Source: Balanoglossus misakiensis (lineage: Eukaryota > Animalia > Hemichordata). Taken from it: a stretch of DNA of 64,000 nt. The notes beneath the pieces are model-generated. The model was given only the letters and a program-made list of their open reading frames with translations. It did no database searches and was not told the DNA's origin. The position numbers were made by a program, and so were the translations under genes. Of this stretch, positions 13,478 to 28,649 are shown in pieces (the stretch's first letter is position 1; each line of letters opens with the position of its first letter). The stretch spans positions 2,356,001 through 2,420,000 of the forward strand of contig CM082590.2 in assembly GCA_040954595.2 (NCBI GenBank). The letters run 5' to 3'.

Positions 13478-16400
13478 AGGCATATGTGCATAAGAAAGTT
13501 TTCCACTATAGACTCTGTAGATCGAGAGATAGTTCTAAAATTTCCATGGTTGCTTCCAAACACAGCCTCGTTTGTTTACAAAATTCTGTTGTGATGCGCA
13601 GAACACATATATAGGCCTATGCGCATAAGAACGTTTTCCACTAGACTCTGTAGATCGACGGATAGTTCTAAAATTTCCATGGTTGCTTCCAAACAGCCTC
13701 GTTTATTTACCGAATTCTGTTGTGAGGCACAGAACACATATATAGGCCTATGTGCATAAGAAAGTTTTCCACTATAGACTCTGTAGATCGAGAGATAGTT
13801 CTAAAATGTCCATGGTTGCTTCCAAACACAGCCTCGTTTGTTTACAAAATTCTTTTGTGATGCGCAGAACACATATATAGGCCTATGCGCATAAGAACGT
13901 TTTCCACTAGACTCTGTAGATCGACGGATAGTTGTAAAATTTCCATGGTTGCTTCCAAACAGCCTCGTTTATTTACCGAATTCTGTTGTGAGGCACAGAA
14001 CACATAGATAGGCCTATGTGCATAAGAAAGTTTTCCACTATAGACTCTGTAGATCGAGAGATAGTTCTAAAATGTCCATGGTTGCTTCCAAACACAGCCT
14101 CGTTTGTTTGCAAAATTCTGTTGTGATGCGCAGAACACATATATAGGCCTATGCGCATAATAACGTTTTCCACTAGACTCTGTAGATCGACGGATAGTTG
14201 TAAAATTTCCATGGTTGCTTCCAAACAGCCTCGTTTATTTACCAAATTCTGTTGTGAGGCGCAGAACACATAGATAGGCATATGTGCATAAGAAAGTTTT
14301 CCACTATAGACTCTGTAGATCGAGAGATAGTTCTAAAATGTCCATGGTTGCTACCAAACACAGCCTCGTTTGTTTACAAAATTCTGTTGTGATGCGCAGA
14401 ACACATATATAGGCCTATGCGCATAAGAACGTTTCCACTAGACTCTGTAGATCGACGGATAGCTGTAAAATTTCCATGGTTGCTTCCAAACAGCCTCGTT
14501 TATTTACCGATTTCTGTTGTGAGGCGCAGAACACATGATAGGCCTATGCGCATGAGACATTTTTCCACTAGACTCTGTAGATCGACGGATAGTTGTAAAA
14601 TTTCATGGTTGCTTCCAAATACAGCCTCGTTTATTTACCGATTTCTGTTGTGAGGCGCAGAACACATAGATAGGCCTATGTGCATAAGAAAGTTTTCCAC
14701 TATAGACTCTGTAGATCGAGAGATAGTTCTAAAATGTCCATGGTTGCTTCCAAACACAGCCTCGTTTGTTTACAAAATTCTGTTGTGATGCGCAGAACAC
14801 ATATATAGGCCTATGCGCATAATAACGTTTTCCACTAGACTCTGTAGATCGACGAATAGTTCTAAAATGTCCATGGTTGCTTCCAAACAAAGCCTGGTTT
14901 GTTTACAAAATTCTGTTGTGATGCGCAGAACACATAGATAGGCCTATGCGCATAAGAACGTTTTCCACTAGACTCTGTAGATCGAGAGATAGTTCTAAAA
15001 TTTCCATGGTTGCTTCCAAACAGCCTCGTTTATTTACCGAATTCTGTTGTGAGACGCAGAACACGTAATAGGCCTATGCGCATAAGAAAGTTTTCCACCA
15101 GACTCCGTAGATCGACGGATAGTTGTAAAATTTCCATGGTTGCTTCCAAACAGCCTCGTTTATTTACCGAATTCTGTTGTGAGGCGCAGAACACATAGAT
15201 AGGCATATGTGCATAAGAAAGTTTTCCACTATAGACTCTGTAGATCGAGAGATAGTTCTAAAATGTCCATGGTTGCTACCAAACACAGCCTCGTTTGTTT
15301 ACAAAATTCTGTTGTGATGCGCAGAACACATAGATAGGCCTATGCGCATATGAACGTTTTCCACTATACACTGTAGATCGAGAGATAGTTCTAAAACTTC
15401 CATGTTTGCTTCCAAACAGCCTCGTTTATTTGCGGAATTCTGTTTTGAGGCGCAGAACACATAGATAGGCATATGTGAAAAAGAAAGTTTTCCACTATAG
15501 ACTCTGTAGATCGAGAGATAGTTGTAAAATTTCCATGGTTGCTTCCAAACAGCCTCGTTTATTTACCGATTTCTGTTGTGAGGCGCAGAACACATAGATA
15601 GGCCTATGCGCATAAAAAACTTTTCAACTTTAGATCAACGGATAGTTCTAAAATTTCCATGGTTGTTTCCAAACAGCCTCGTTTATTTACCGAATTCTGT
15701 TGTGATGCGTAGAACACATACATATGCCTATGCGCATAAGAAAGTTTTCCACTAGACTCCGTAGATCGACGAATAGTTCTAAAATGTCCATGGTTGCTTC
15801 CAAACAAAGCCTGGTTTGTTTACAAAATTCTGTTGTGATGCGCAGAACACATAGATAGGCCTATGCGCATATGAACGTTTTCCACTATACTCTGTAGATC
15901 GAGAGATAGTTCTAAAATTTCCATGTTTGCTTCCAAACAGCCTCGTTTATTTACGGAATTCTGTTTTGAGGCGCAGAACACATAGATAGGCATATGTGCA
16001 TAAGAAAGTTTTCCACTATAGACTCTGTACATCGAGAGATAGTTCTAAAATTTCCATGGTTGCTTCCAAACACAGCCTCGTTTGTTTACAAAATTCTGTT
16101 GTGATGCGCAGAACACATATATAGGCCTATGCGCATAAGAACGTTTTCCACTAGACTCTGTAGATCGACGGATAGTTCTAAAATTTCCATGGTTGCTTCC
16201 AAACAGCCTCGTTTATTTACCGAATTCTGTTGTGAGGCACAGAACACATATATAGGCCTATGTGCATAAGAAAGTTTTCCACTATAGACTCTGTAGATCG
16301 AGAGATAGTTCTAAAATGTCCATGGTTGCTTCCAAACACAGCCTCGTTTGTTTACAAAATTCTTTTGTGATGCGCAGAACACATATATAGGCCTATGCGC

Positions 16401-17360
16401 ATAAGAACGTTTTCCACTAGACTCTGTAGATCGACGGATAGTTGTAAAATTTCCATGGTTGCTTCCAAACAGCCTCGTTTATTTACCGAATTCTGTTGTG
16501 AGGCACAGAACACATAGATAGGCCTATGTGCATAAGAAAGTTTTCCACTATAGACTCTGTAGATCGAGAGATAGTTCTAAAATGTCTATGGTTACTTCCA
16601 AACACAGCCTCGTTTGTTTGCAAAATTCTGTTGTGATGCGCAGAACACATATATAGGCCTATGCGCATAATAACGTTTTCCACTAGACTCTGTAGATCGA
16701 CGGATAGTTGTAAAATTTCCATGGTTGCTTCCAAACAGCCTCGTTTATTTACCGAATTCTGTTGTGAGGCGCAGAACACATAGATCGGCATATGTGCATA
16801 AGAAAGTTTTCCACTATAGACTCTGTAGATCGAGAGATAGTTCTAAAATGTCCATGGTTGCTACCAAACACAGCCTCGTTTGTTTACAAAATTCTGTTGT
16901 GATGCGCAGAACACATATATAGGCCTATGCGCATAAGAACGTTTCCACTAGACTCTGTAGATCGACGGATAGCTGTAAAATTTCCATGGTTGCTTCCAAA
17001 CAGCCTCGTTTATTTACCGATTTCTGTTGTGAGGCGCAGAACACATGATAGGCCTATGCGCATGAGACATTTTTCCACTAGACTCTGTAGATCGACGGAT
17101 AGTTGTAAAATTTCATGGTTGCTTCCAAATACAGCCTCGTTTATTTACCGATTTCTGTTGTGAGGCGCAGAACACATAGATAGGCCTATGTGCATAAGAA
17201 AGTTTTCCACTATAGACTCTGTAGATCGAGAGATAGTTCTAAAATGTCCATGGTTGCTTCCAAACACAGCCTCGTTTGTTTACAAAATTCTGTTGTGATG
17301 CGCAGAACACATATATAGGCCTATGCGCATAATAACGTTTTCCACTAGACTCTGTAGATC
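12440..17360 (+). repeat. Higher-order tandem duplication, 2510 bp period (19 monomers x2, few substitutions)
   Basis: ORF offsets of 2510 (12500/15010, 13094/15604, 13973/16483, 14417/16927). Boundaries are approximate. Confidence 0.8.
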
Positions 17361-20300
17361 GACGGATAGTTGTAAAATTTCCATGGTTGCTTCCAAACAG
17401 CCTCGTTTATTTACCGAATTCTGTTGTGAGGCGCAGAACACATAGATAGGCATATGTGCATAAGAAAGTTTTCCACTATAGACTCTGTAGATCGAGAGAT
17501 AGTTCTAAAATGTCCATGGTTGCTACCAAACACAGCCTCGTTTGTTTACAAAATTCTGTTGTGATGCGCAGAACACATATATAGGCCTATGCGCATAAGA
17601 ACGTTTCCACTAGACTCTGTAGATCGACGGTTTGCTGTAAAATTTCATGGTTGCTTCCAAATACAGCCTCGTTTATTTACCGATTTCTGTTGTGATGCGC
17701 ATAACACATAGATAGGCCTATGCGCATAAGAACGTTTTACACTAGACTCTGTAGATCGACGGATAGTTGTACAATTTCCATGGTTGCTTCCAAACAGCTT
17801 CGTTTATTTACCGATTTCTGTTGTGAGGCGCAGAACACATGATAGGCCTATGCGCATGAGACATTTTTCCACTAGACTCTGTAGATCGACGGATAGTTCT
17901 AAAAGTTCCATGGTTGCTTCCAAACAGCCTCGTTTATTTACCGAATTCTGTTGTGAGGCGCAGAGCGCGTAATAGGCCTATGCGCATAAGAAAGTTTTCC
18001 ACCAGACTCTGTAGATCGACGGATAGTTGTAAAATTTCCATGGTTGCTTCCAAACAGCCTCGTTTATTTACCGATTTCTGTTGTGATGCGCAGAACACAT
18101 AGATAGGCATATGTGCATAAGAACGTTTCCACTAGACTCTGTAGATCGACGGATAGCTGTAAAATTTCCATGGTTGCTTTTAAACAGCCTCGTTTATTTA
18201 CCGATTCCTGTTGTGAGGCGCAGAACACATAGATAGGCATATGTGCATAAGAAAGTTTTCCACTATAGACTCTGTAGATCGAGAGATAGTTCTAAAATGT
18301 CCATGGTTGCTACCAAACACAGCCTCGTTTGTTTACAAAATTCTGTTGTGATGCGCAGAACACATATATAGGCCTATGCGCATAAGAACGTTTCCACTAG
18401 ACTCTGTAGATCGACGGATAGCTGTAAAATTTCCATGGTTGCTTCCAAACAGCCTCGTTTATTTACCGATTTCTGTTGTGAGGCGCAGAACACATGATAG
18501 GCCTATGCGCATGAGACATTTTTCCACTAGACTCTGTAGATCGACGGATAGTTGTAAAATTTCATGGTTGCTTCCAAATACAGCCTCGTTTATTTACCGA
18601 TTTCTGTTGTGAGGCGCAGAACACATAGATAGGCCTATGTGCATAAGAAAGTTTTCCACTATAGACTCTGTAGATCGAGAGATAGTTCTAAAATGTCCAT
18701 GGTTGCTTCCAAACACAGCCTCGTTTGTTTACAAAATTCTGTTGTGATGCGCAGAACACATATATAGGCCTATGCGCATAATAACGTTTTCCACTAGACT
18801 CTGTAGATCGACGGATAGTTGTAAAATTTCCATGGTTGCTTCCAAACAGCCACGTTTATTTACCGAATTCTGTTGTGAGGCGCAGAACACATAGATAGGC
18901 ATATGTGCATAAGAAAGTTTTCCACTATAGACTCTGTAGATCGAGAGATAGTTCTAAAATGTCCATGGTTGCTACCAAACACAGCCTCGTTTGTTTACAA
19001 AATTCTGTTGTGATGCGCAGAACACATATATAGGCCTATGCGCATAAGAACGTTTCCACTAGACTCTGTAGATCGACGGATAGCTGTAAAATTTCATGGT
19101 TGCTTCCAAATACAGCCTCGTTTATTTACCGATTTCTGTTGTGATGCGCATAACACATAGATAGGCCTATGCGCATAAGAACGTTTTACACTAGACTCTG
19201 TAGATCGACGGATAGTTGTACAATTTCCATGGTTGCTTCCAAACAGCCTCGTTTATTTACCGATTTCTGTTGTGAGGCGCAGAACACATGATAGGCCTAT
19301 GCGCATAAGACATTTTTCCACTAGACTCTGTAGATCGACGGATAGTTCTAAAAGTTCCATGGTTGCTTCCAAACAGCCTCGTTTATTTATCGAATTCTGT
19401 TGTGAGGCGCAGAGCACGTAATAGGCCTATGCGCATAAGAAAGTTTTCCACCAGACTCTGTAGATCGACGGATAGTTGTACAATTTCCATGGTTGCTTCC
19501 AAACAGCCTCGTTTATTTACCGATTTCTGTTGTGATGCGCAGAACACATAGATAGGCATATGTGCATAATAAAGTTTTCCACTAGACTCTGTAGATCGAG
19601 AGATAGTTCTAAAATTTCCATGGTTGCTTCCAAACACAGCCTCGTTTGTTTACAAAATTCTGTTGTGATGCGCAGAACACATAGATAGGCCTATGCGCAT
19701 ATGAACGTTTTCCACTATACTCTGTAGATCGAGAGATAGTTCTAAAATTTCCATGTTTGCTTCCAAACAGCCTCGTTTATTTACGGAATTCTGTTTTGAG
19801 GCGCAGAACACATAGATAGGCCTATGCGCATAAGACATTTTTCCACTAGACTCTGTAGATCGACGGATAGCTGTAAAATTTCATGGTTGCTTCCAAATAC
19901 AGCCTCGTTTATTTACCGATTTCTGTTGTGATGCGCATAACACATAGATAGGCCTATGCGCATAAGAACGTTTTACACTAGACTCTGTAGATCGACGGAT
20001 AGTTGTACAATTTCCATGGTTGCTTCCAAACAGCCTCGTTTATTTACGGAATTCTGTTGTGAGGCGCAGAACACATGATAGGCCTATGCGCATAAGACAT
20101 TTTTCCACTAGACTCTGTAGATCGACGGATAGTTCTAAAAGTTCCATGGTTGCTTCCAAACAGCCTCGTTTATTTATCGAATTCTGTTGTGAGGCGCAGA
20201 GCACGTAATAGGCCTATGCGCATAAGAAAGTTTTCCACCAGACTCTGTAGATCGACGGATAGTTGTACAATTTCCATGGTTGCTTCCAAACAGCCTCGTT

Positions 20301-23300
20301 TATTTACCGATTTCTGTTGTGATGCGCAGAACACATAGATAGGCATATGTGCATAATAAAGTTTTCCACTAGACTCTGTAGATCGAGAGATAGTTCTAAA
20401 ATTTCCATGGTTGCTTCCAAACACAGCCTCGTTTGTTTACAAAATTCTGTTGTGATGCGCAGAACACATAGATAGGCCTATGCGCATATGAACGTTTTCC
20501 ACTATACTCTGTAGATCGAGAGATAGTTCTAAAATTTCCATGTTTGCTTCCAAACAGCCTCGTTTATTTACGGAATTCTGTTTTGAGGCGCAGAACACAT
20601 AGATCGGCATATGTGCATAAGAAAGTTTTCCACTATAGACTCTGTAGATCGAGAGATAGTTCTAAAATGTCCATGGTTGCTTCCAAACACAGCCTCGTTT
20701 GTTTACAAAATTCTGTTGTGATGCGCAGAACACATATATAGGCCTATGCGCATATGAACGTTTTCCACTATACACTGTAGATCGAGAGATAGTTCTAAAA
20801 CTTCCATGTTTGCTTCCAAACAGCCTCGTTTATTTGCGGAATTCTGTTTTGAGGCGCAGAACACATAGATAGGCATATGTGAATAAGAAAGTTTTCCACT
20901 ATAGACTCTGTAGATCGAGAGATAGTTGTAAAATTTCCATGGTTGCTTCCAAACAGCCTCGTTTATTTACCGATTTCTGTTGTGAGGCGCAGAACACATA
21001 GATAGGCCTATGCGCATAAAAAACTTTTCAACTTTAGATCAACGGATAGTTCTAAAATTCCCATGGTTGTTTCCAAACAGCCTCGTTTATTTACCGAATT
21101 CTGTTGTGATGCGTAGAACACATACATATGCCTATGCGCATAAGAAAGTTTTCCACTATACTCTGTACATCGACGGATAGTTGTAAAATTTCCATGGTTG
21201 CTTCCAAACAGCCTCGTTTATTTACCGAATTCTGTTGTAAGGCACAGAACACATAGATAGGCCTATGTGCATAAGAAAGTTTTCCACTATAGACTCTGTA
21301 GATCGAGAGATAGTTCTAAAATGTCCATGGTTGCTTCCAAACACAGCCTCGTTTGTTTACAAAATTCTGTTGTGATGCGCAGAACACATATATAGGCCTA
21401 TGCGCATAATAACGTTTTCCACTAGACTCTGTAGATCGACGGATAGTTGTAAAATTTCCATGGTTGCTTCCAAACAGCCTCGTTTATTTACCGAATTCTG
21501 TTGTGAGGCGCAGAACACATAGATAGGCATATGTGCATAAGAAAGTTTTCCACTATAGACTCTGTAGATCGAGAGATAGTTCTAAAATGTCCATGGTTGC
21601 TACCAAACACAGCCTCGTTTGTTTACAAAATTCTGTTGTGATGCGCAGAACACATATATAGGCCTATGCGCATAAGAACGTTTCCACTAGACTCTGTAGA
21701 TCGACGGATAGTTGTAAAATTTCCATGGTTGCTTCCAAACAGCCTCGTTTATTTACCGAATTCTGTTGTTAGGCGCAGAACACGTTATAGGCCTATGCGC
21801 ATAAGAAAGTTTTCCACCAGACTCTGTAGATGGACTGATAGTTGTAAAATTTCCATGGTTGCTTCCAAACAGCCTCGTTTATTTACTGATTTCTGTTGTG
21901 AGGCGCAGAACACATGATAGGCCAATGCGCATAAGACATTTTTCCACTAGACTCTGTAGATCGACGGATAGTTGTAAAATTTCCATGGTTGCTTCCAAAC
22001 AACCTCGTTTGTTTACGAATTCTGTTGTGATGCGCAGAACACATATATAGGCCTATGCGCATAAGAACGTTTTCCACTAGACTCTGTAGATCGAGAGATA
22101 GTTCTAAAATTTCCATGGTTGCTTCCAAACAGCCTCGTTTATTTACCGAATTCTGTTGTGAGACGCAGAACACGTAATAGGCCTATGCGCATAAGAAAGT
22201 TTTCCACCAGACTCCGTAGATCGACGGATAGTTGTAAAATTTCCATGGTTGCTTCCAAACAGCCTCGTTTATTTACCGAATTCTGTTGTGAGGCGCAGAA
22301 CACATAGATAGGCATATGTGCATAAGAAAGTTTTCCACTATAGACTCTGTAGATCGAGAGATAGTTCTAAAATGTCCATGGTTGCTACCAAACACAGCCT
22401 CGTTTGTTTACAAAATTCTGTTGTGATGCGCAGAACACATAGATAGGCCTATGCGCATATGAACGTTTTCCACTATACACTGTAGATCGAGAGATAGTTC
22501 TAAAACTTCCATGTTTGCTTCCAAACAGCCTCGTTTATTTGCGGAATTCTGTTTTGAGGCGCAGAACACATAGATAGGCATATGTGAATAAGAAAGTTTT
22601 CCACTATAGACTCTGTAGATCGAGAGATAGTTGTAAAATTTCCATGGTTGCTTCCAAACAGCCTCGTTTATTTACCGATTTCTGTTGTGAGGCGCAGAAC
22701 ACATAGATAGGCCTATGCGCATAAAAAACTTTTCAACTTTAGATCAACGGATAGTTCTAAAATTTCCATGGTTGTTTCCAAACAGCCTCGTTTATTTACC
22801 GAATTCTGTTGTGATGCGTAGAACACATACATATGCCTATGCGCATAAGAAAGTTTTCCACTAGACTCCGTAGATCGACGAATAGTTCTAAAATGTCCAT
22901 GGTTGCTTCCAAACAAAGCCTGGTTTGTTTACAAAATTCTGTTGTGATGCGCAGAACACATAGATAGGCCTATGCGCATATGAACGTTTTCCACTATACT
23001 CTGTAGATCGAGAGATAGTTCTAAAATTTCCATGTTTGCTTCCAAACAGCCTCGTTTATTTACGGAATTCTGTTTTGAGGCGCAGAACACATAGATAGGC
23101 ATATGTGCATAAGAAAGTTTTCCACTATAGACTCTGTAGATCGAGAGATAGTTCTAAAATTTCCATGGTTGCTTCCAAACACAGCCTCGTTTGTTTACAA
23201 AATTCTGTTGTGATGCGCAGAACACATATATAGGCCTATGCGCATAAGAACGTTTTCCACTAGACTCTGTAGATCGACGGATAGTTCTAAAATTTCCATG

Positions 23301-26300
23301 GTTGCTTCCAAACAGCCTCGTTTATTTACCGAATTCTGTTGTGAGGCACAGAACACATATATAGGCCTATGTGCATAAGAAAGTTTTCCACTATAGACTC
23401 TGTAGATCGAGAGATAGTTCTAAAATGTCCATGGTTGCTTCCAAACACAGCCTCGTTTGTTTACAAAATTCTTTTGTGATGCGCAGAACACATATATAGG
23501 CCTATGCGCATAAGAACGTTTTCCACTAGACTCTGTAGATCGACGGATAGTTGTAAAATTTCCATGGTTGCTTCCAAACAGCCTCGTTTATTTACCGAAT
23601 TCTGTTGTGAGGCACAGAACACATAGATAGGCCTATGTGCATAAGAAAGTTTTCCACTATAGACTCTGTAGATCGAGAGATAGTTCTAAAATGTCCATGG
23701 TTGCTTCCAAACACAGCCTCGTTTGTTTGCAAAATTCTGTTGTGATGCGCAGAACACATATATAGGCCTATGCGCATAATAACGTTTTCCACTAGACTCT
23801 GTAGATCGACGGATAGTTGTAAAATTTCCATGGTTGCTTCCAAACAGCCTCGTTTATTTACCGAATTCTGTTGTGAGGCGCAGAACACATAGATAGGCAT
23901 ATGTGCATAAGAAAGTTTTCCACTATAGACTCTGTAGATCGAGAGATAGTTCTAAAATGTCCATGGTTGCTACCAAACACAGCCTCGTTTGTTTACAAAA
24001 TTCTGTTGTGATGCGCAGAACACATATATAGGCCTATGCGCATAAGAACGTTTCCACTAGACTCTGTAGATCGACGGATAGCTGTAAAATTTCCATGGTT
24101 GCTTCCAAACAGCCTCGTTTATTTACCGATTTCTGTTGTGAGGCGCAGAACACATGATAGGCCTATGCGCATGAGACATTTTTCCACTAGACTCTGTAGA
24201 TCGACGGATAGTTGTAAAATTTCATGGTTGCTTCCAAATACAGCCTCGTTTATTTACCGATTTCTGTTGTGAGGCGCAGAACACATAGATAGGCCTATGT
24301 GCATAAGAAAGTTTTCCACTATAGACTCTGTAGATCGAGAGATAGTTCTAAAATGTCCATGGTTGCTTCCAAACACAGCCTCGTTTGTTTACAAAATTCT
24401 GTTGTGATGCGCAGAACACATATATAGGCCTATGCGCATAATAACGTTTTCCACTAGACTCTGTAGATCGACGGATAGTTGTAAAATTTCCATGGTTGCT
24501 TCCAAACAGCCTCGTTTATTTACCGAATTCTGTTGTGAGGCGCAGAACACATAGATAGGCATATGTGCATAAGAAAGTTTTCCACTATAGACTCTGTAGA
24601 TCGAGAGATAGTTCTAAAATGTCCATGGTTGCTACCAAACACAGCCTCGTTTGTTTACAAAATTCTGTTGTGATGCGCAGAACACATATATAGGCCTATG
24701 CGCATAAGAACGTTTCCACTAGACTCTGTAGATCGACGGATTGCTGTAAAATTTCATGGTTGCTTCCAAATACAGCCTCGTTTATTTACCGATTTCTGTT
24801 GTGATGCGCATAACACATAGATAGGCCTATGCGCATAAGAACGTTTTACACTAGACTCTGTAGATCGACGGATAGTTGTACAATTTCCATGGTTGCTTCC
24901 AAACAGCTTCGTTTATTTACCGATTTCTGTTGTGAGGCGCAGAACACATGATAGGCCTATGCGCATGAGACATTTTTCCACTAGACTCTGTAGATCGACG
25001 GATAGTTCTAAAAGTTCCATGGTTGCTTCCAAACAGCCTCGTTTATTTACCGAATTCTGTTGTGAGGCGCAGAGCGCGTAATAGGCCTATGCGCATAAGA
25101 AAGTTTTCCACCAGACTCTGTAGATCGACGGATAGTTGTAAAATTTCCATGGTTGCTTCCAAACAGCCTCGTTTATTTACCGATTTCTGTTGTGATGCGC
25201 AGAACACATAGATAGGCATATGTGCATAATAAAGTTTTCCACTAGACTCTGTAGATCGAGAGATAGTTCTAAAATTTCCATGGTTGCTTCCAAACACAGC
25301 CTCGTTTGTTTACAAAATTCTGTTGTGATGCGCAGAACACATATATAGGCCTATGCGCATAATAACGTTTTCCACTAGACTCTGTAGATCGACGGATAGT
25401 TGTAAAATTTCCATGGTTGCTTCCAAACAGCCTCGTTTATTTACCGAATTCTGTTGTGAGGCGCAGAACACATAGATAGGCATATGTGCATAAGAAAGTT
25501 TTCCACTATAGACTCTATAGATCGAGAGATAGTTCTAAAATGTCCATGGTTGCTTCCAAACACAGCCTCGTTTGTTTACAAAATTCTGTTGTGATGCGCA
25601 GAACACATATATAGGCCTATGCGCATAAGAACGTTTCCACTAGACTCTGTAGATCGACGGATAGCTGTAAAATTTCCATGGTTGCTTTTAAACAGCCTCG
25701 TTTATTTACCGATTCCTGTTGTGAGGCGCAGAACACATAGATAGGCATATGTGCATAAGAAAGTTTTCCACTATAGACTCTGTAGATCGAGAGATAGTTC
25801 TAAAATGTCCATGGTTGCTACCAAACACAGCCTCGTTTGTTTACAAAATTCTGTTGTGATGCGCAGAACACATATATAGGCCTATGCGCATAAGAACGTT
25901 TCCACTAGACTCTGTAGATCGACGGATAGCTGTAAAATTTCCATGGTTGCTTCCAAACAGCCTCGTTTATTTACCGATTTCTGTTGTGAGGCGCAGAACA
26001 CATGATAGGCCTATGCGCATGAGACATTTTTCCACTAGACTCTGTAGATCGACGGATAGTTGTAAAATTTCATGGTTGCTTCCAAATACAGCCTCGTTTA
26101 TTTACCGATTTCTGTTGTGAGGCGCAGAACACATAGATAGGCCTATGTGCATAAGAAAGTTTTCCACTATAGACTCTGTAGATCGAGAGATAGTTCTAAA
26201 ATGTCCATGGTTGCTTCCAAACACAGCCTCGTTTGTTTACAAAATTCTGTTGTGATGCGCAGAACACATATATAGGCCTATGCGCATAATAACGTTTTCC

Positions 26301-28649
26301 ACTAGACTCTGTAGATCGACGGATAGTTGTAAAATTTCCATGGTTGCTTCCAAACAGCCTCGTTTATTTACCGAATTCTGTTGTGAGGCGCAGAACACAT
26401 AGATAGGCATATGTGCATAAGAAAGTTTTCCACTATAGACTCTGTAGATCGAGAGATAGTTCTAAAATGTCCATGGTTGCTACCAAACACAGCCTCGTTT
26501 GTTTACAAAATTCTGTTGTGATGCGCAGAACACATATATAGGCCTATGCGCATAAGAACGTTTCCACTAGACTCTGTAGATCGACGGATAGCTGTAAAAT
26601 TTCATGGTTGCTTCCAAATACAGCCTCGTTTATTTACCGATTTCTGTTGTGATGCGCATAACACATAGATAGGCCTATGCGCATAAGAACGTTTTACACT
26701 AGACTCTGTAGATCGACGGATAGTTGTACAATTTCCATGGTTGCTTCCAAACAGCCTCGTTTATTTACCGATTTCTGTTGTGAGGCGCAGAACACATGAT
26801 AGGCCTATGCGCATAAGACATTTTTCCACTAGACTCTGTAGATCGACGGATAGTTCTAAAAGTTCCATGGTTGCTTCCAAACAGCCTCGTTTATTTACCG
26901 AATTCTGTTGTGAGGCGCAGAGCACGTAATAGGCCTATGCGCATAAGAAAGTTTTCCACCAGACTCTGTAGATCGACGGATAGTTGTACAATTTCCATGG
27001 TTGCTTCCAAACAGCCTCGTTTATTTACCGATTTCTGTTGTGATGCGCAGAACACATAGATAGGCATATGTGCATAATAAAGTTTTCCACTAGACTCTGT
27101 AGATCGAGAGATAGTTCTAACATTTCCATGGTTGCTTCCAAACACAGCCTCGTTTGTTTACAAAATTCTGTTGTGATGCGCAGAACACATATATAGGCCT
27201 ATGCGCATAAGAACGTTTCCACTAGACTCTGTAGATCGACGGATAGCTGTAAAATTTCCATGGTTGCTTCCAAACAGCCTCGTTTATTTACCGATTTCTG
27301 TTGTGAGGCGCAGAACACATGATAGGCCTATGCGCATGAGACATTTTTCCACTAGACTCTGTAGATCGACGGATAGTTGTAAAATTTCATGGTTGCTTCC
27401 AAACACAGCCTCATTTGTTTACAAAATTCTGTTGTGATGCGCAGAACACATATATAGGCCTATGCGCATAAGAACGTTTCCACTAGACTCTGTAGATCGA
27501 CGGATAGCTGTAAAATTTCCATGGTTGCTTTTAAACAGCCTCGTTTATTTACCGATTTCTGTTGTGAGGCGCAGAACACATAGATAGGCATATGTGCATA
27601 AGAAAGTTTTCCACTATAGACTCTGTAGATCGAGAGATAGTTCTAAAATGTCCATGGTTGCTACCAAACACAGCCTCGTTTGTTTACAAAATTCTGTTGT
27701 GATGCGCAGAACACATATATAGGCCTATGCGCATAAGAACGTTTCCACTAGACTCTGTAGATCGACGGATAGCTGTAAAATTTCCATGGTTGCTTCCAAA
27801 CAGCCTCGTTTATTTACCGATTTCTGTTGTGAGGCGCAGAACACATGATAGGCCTATGCGCATGAGACATTTTTCCACTAGACTCTGTAGATCGACGGAT
27901 AGTTGTAAAATTTCATGGTTGCTTCCAAATACAGCCTCGTTTATTTACCGATTTCTGTTGTGAGGCGCAGAACACATAGATAGGCCTATGTGCATAAGAA
28001 AGTTTTCCACTATAGACTCTGTAGATCGAGAGATAGTTCTAAAATGTCCATGGTTGCTTCCAAACACAGCCTCGTTTGTTTACAAAATTCTGTTGTGATG
28101 CGCAGAACACATATATAGGCCTATGCGCATAATAACGTTTTCCACTAGACTCTGTAGATCGACGGATAGTTGTAAAATTTCCATGGTTGCTTCCAAACAG
28201 CCTCGTTTATTTACCGAATTCTGTTGTGAGGCGCAGAACACATAGATAGGCATATGTGCATAAGAAAGTTTTCCACTATAGACTCTGTAGATCGAGAGAT
28301 AGTTCTAAAATGTCCATGGTTGCTACCAAACACAGCCTCGTTTGTTTACAAAATTCTGTTGTGATGCGCAGAACACATATATAGGCCTATGCGCATAAGA
28401 ACGTTTCCACTAGACTCTGTAGATCGACGGATAGCTGTAAAATTTCATGGTTGCTTCCAAATACAGCCTCGTTTATTTACCGATTTCTGTTGTGATGCGC
28501 ATAACACATAGATAGGCCTATGCGCATAAGAACGTTTTACACTAGACTCTGTAGATCGACGGATAGTTGTACAATTTCCATGGTTGCTTCCAAACAGCCT
28601 CGTTTATTTACCGATTTCTGTTGTGATGCGCATAACACATAGATAGGCC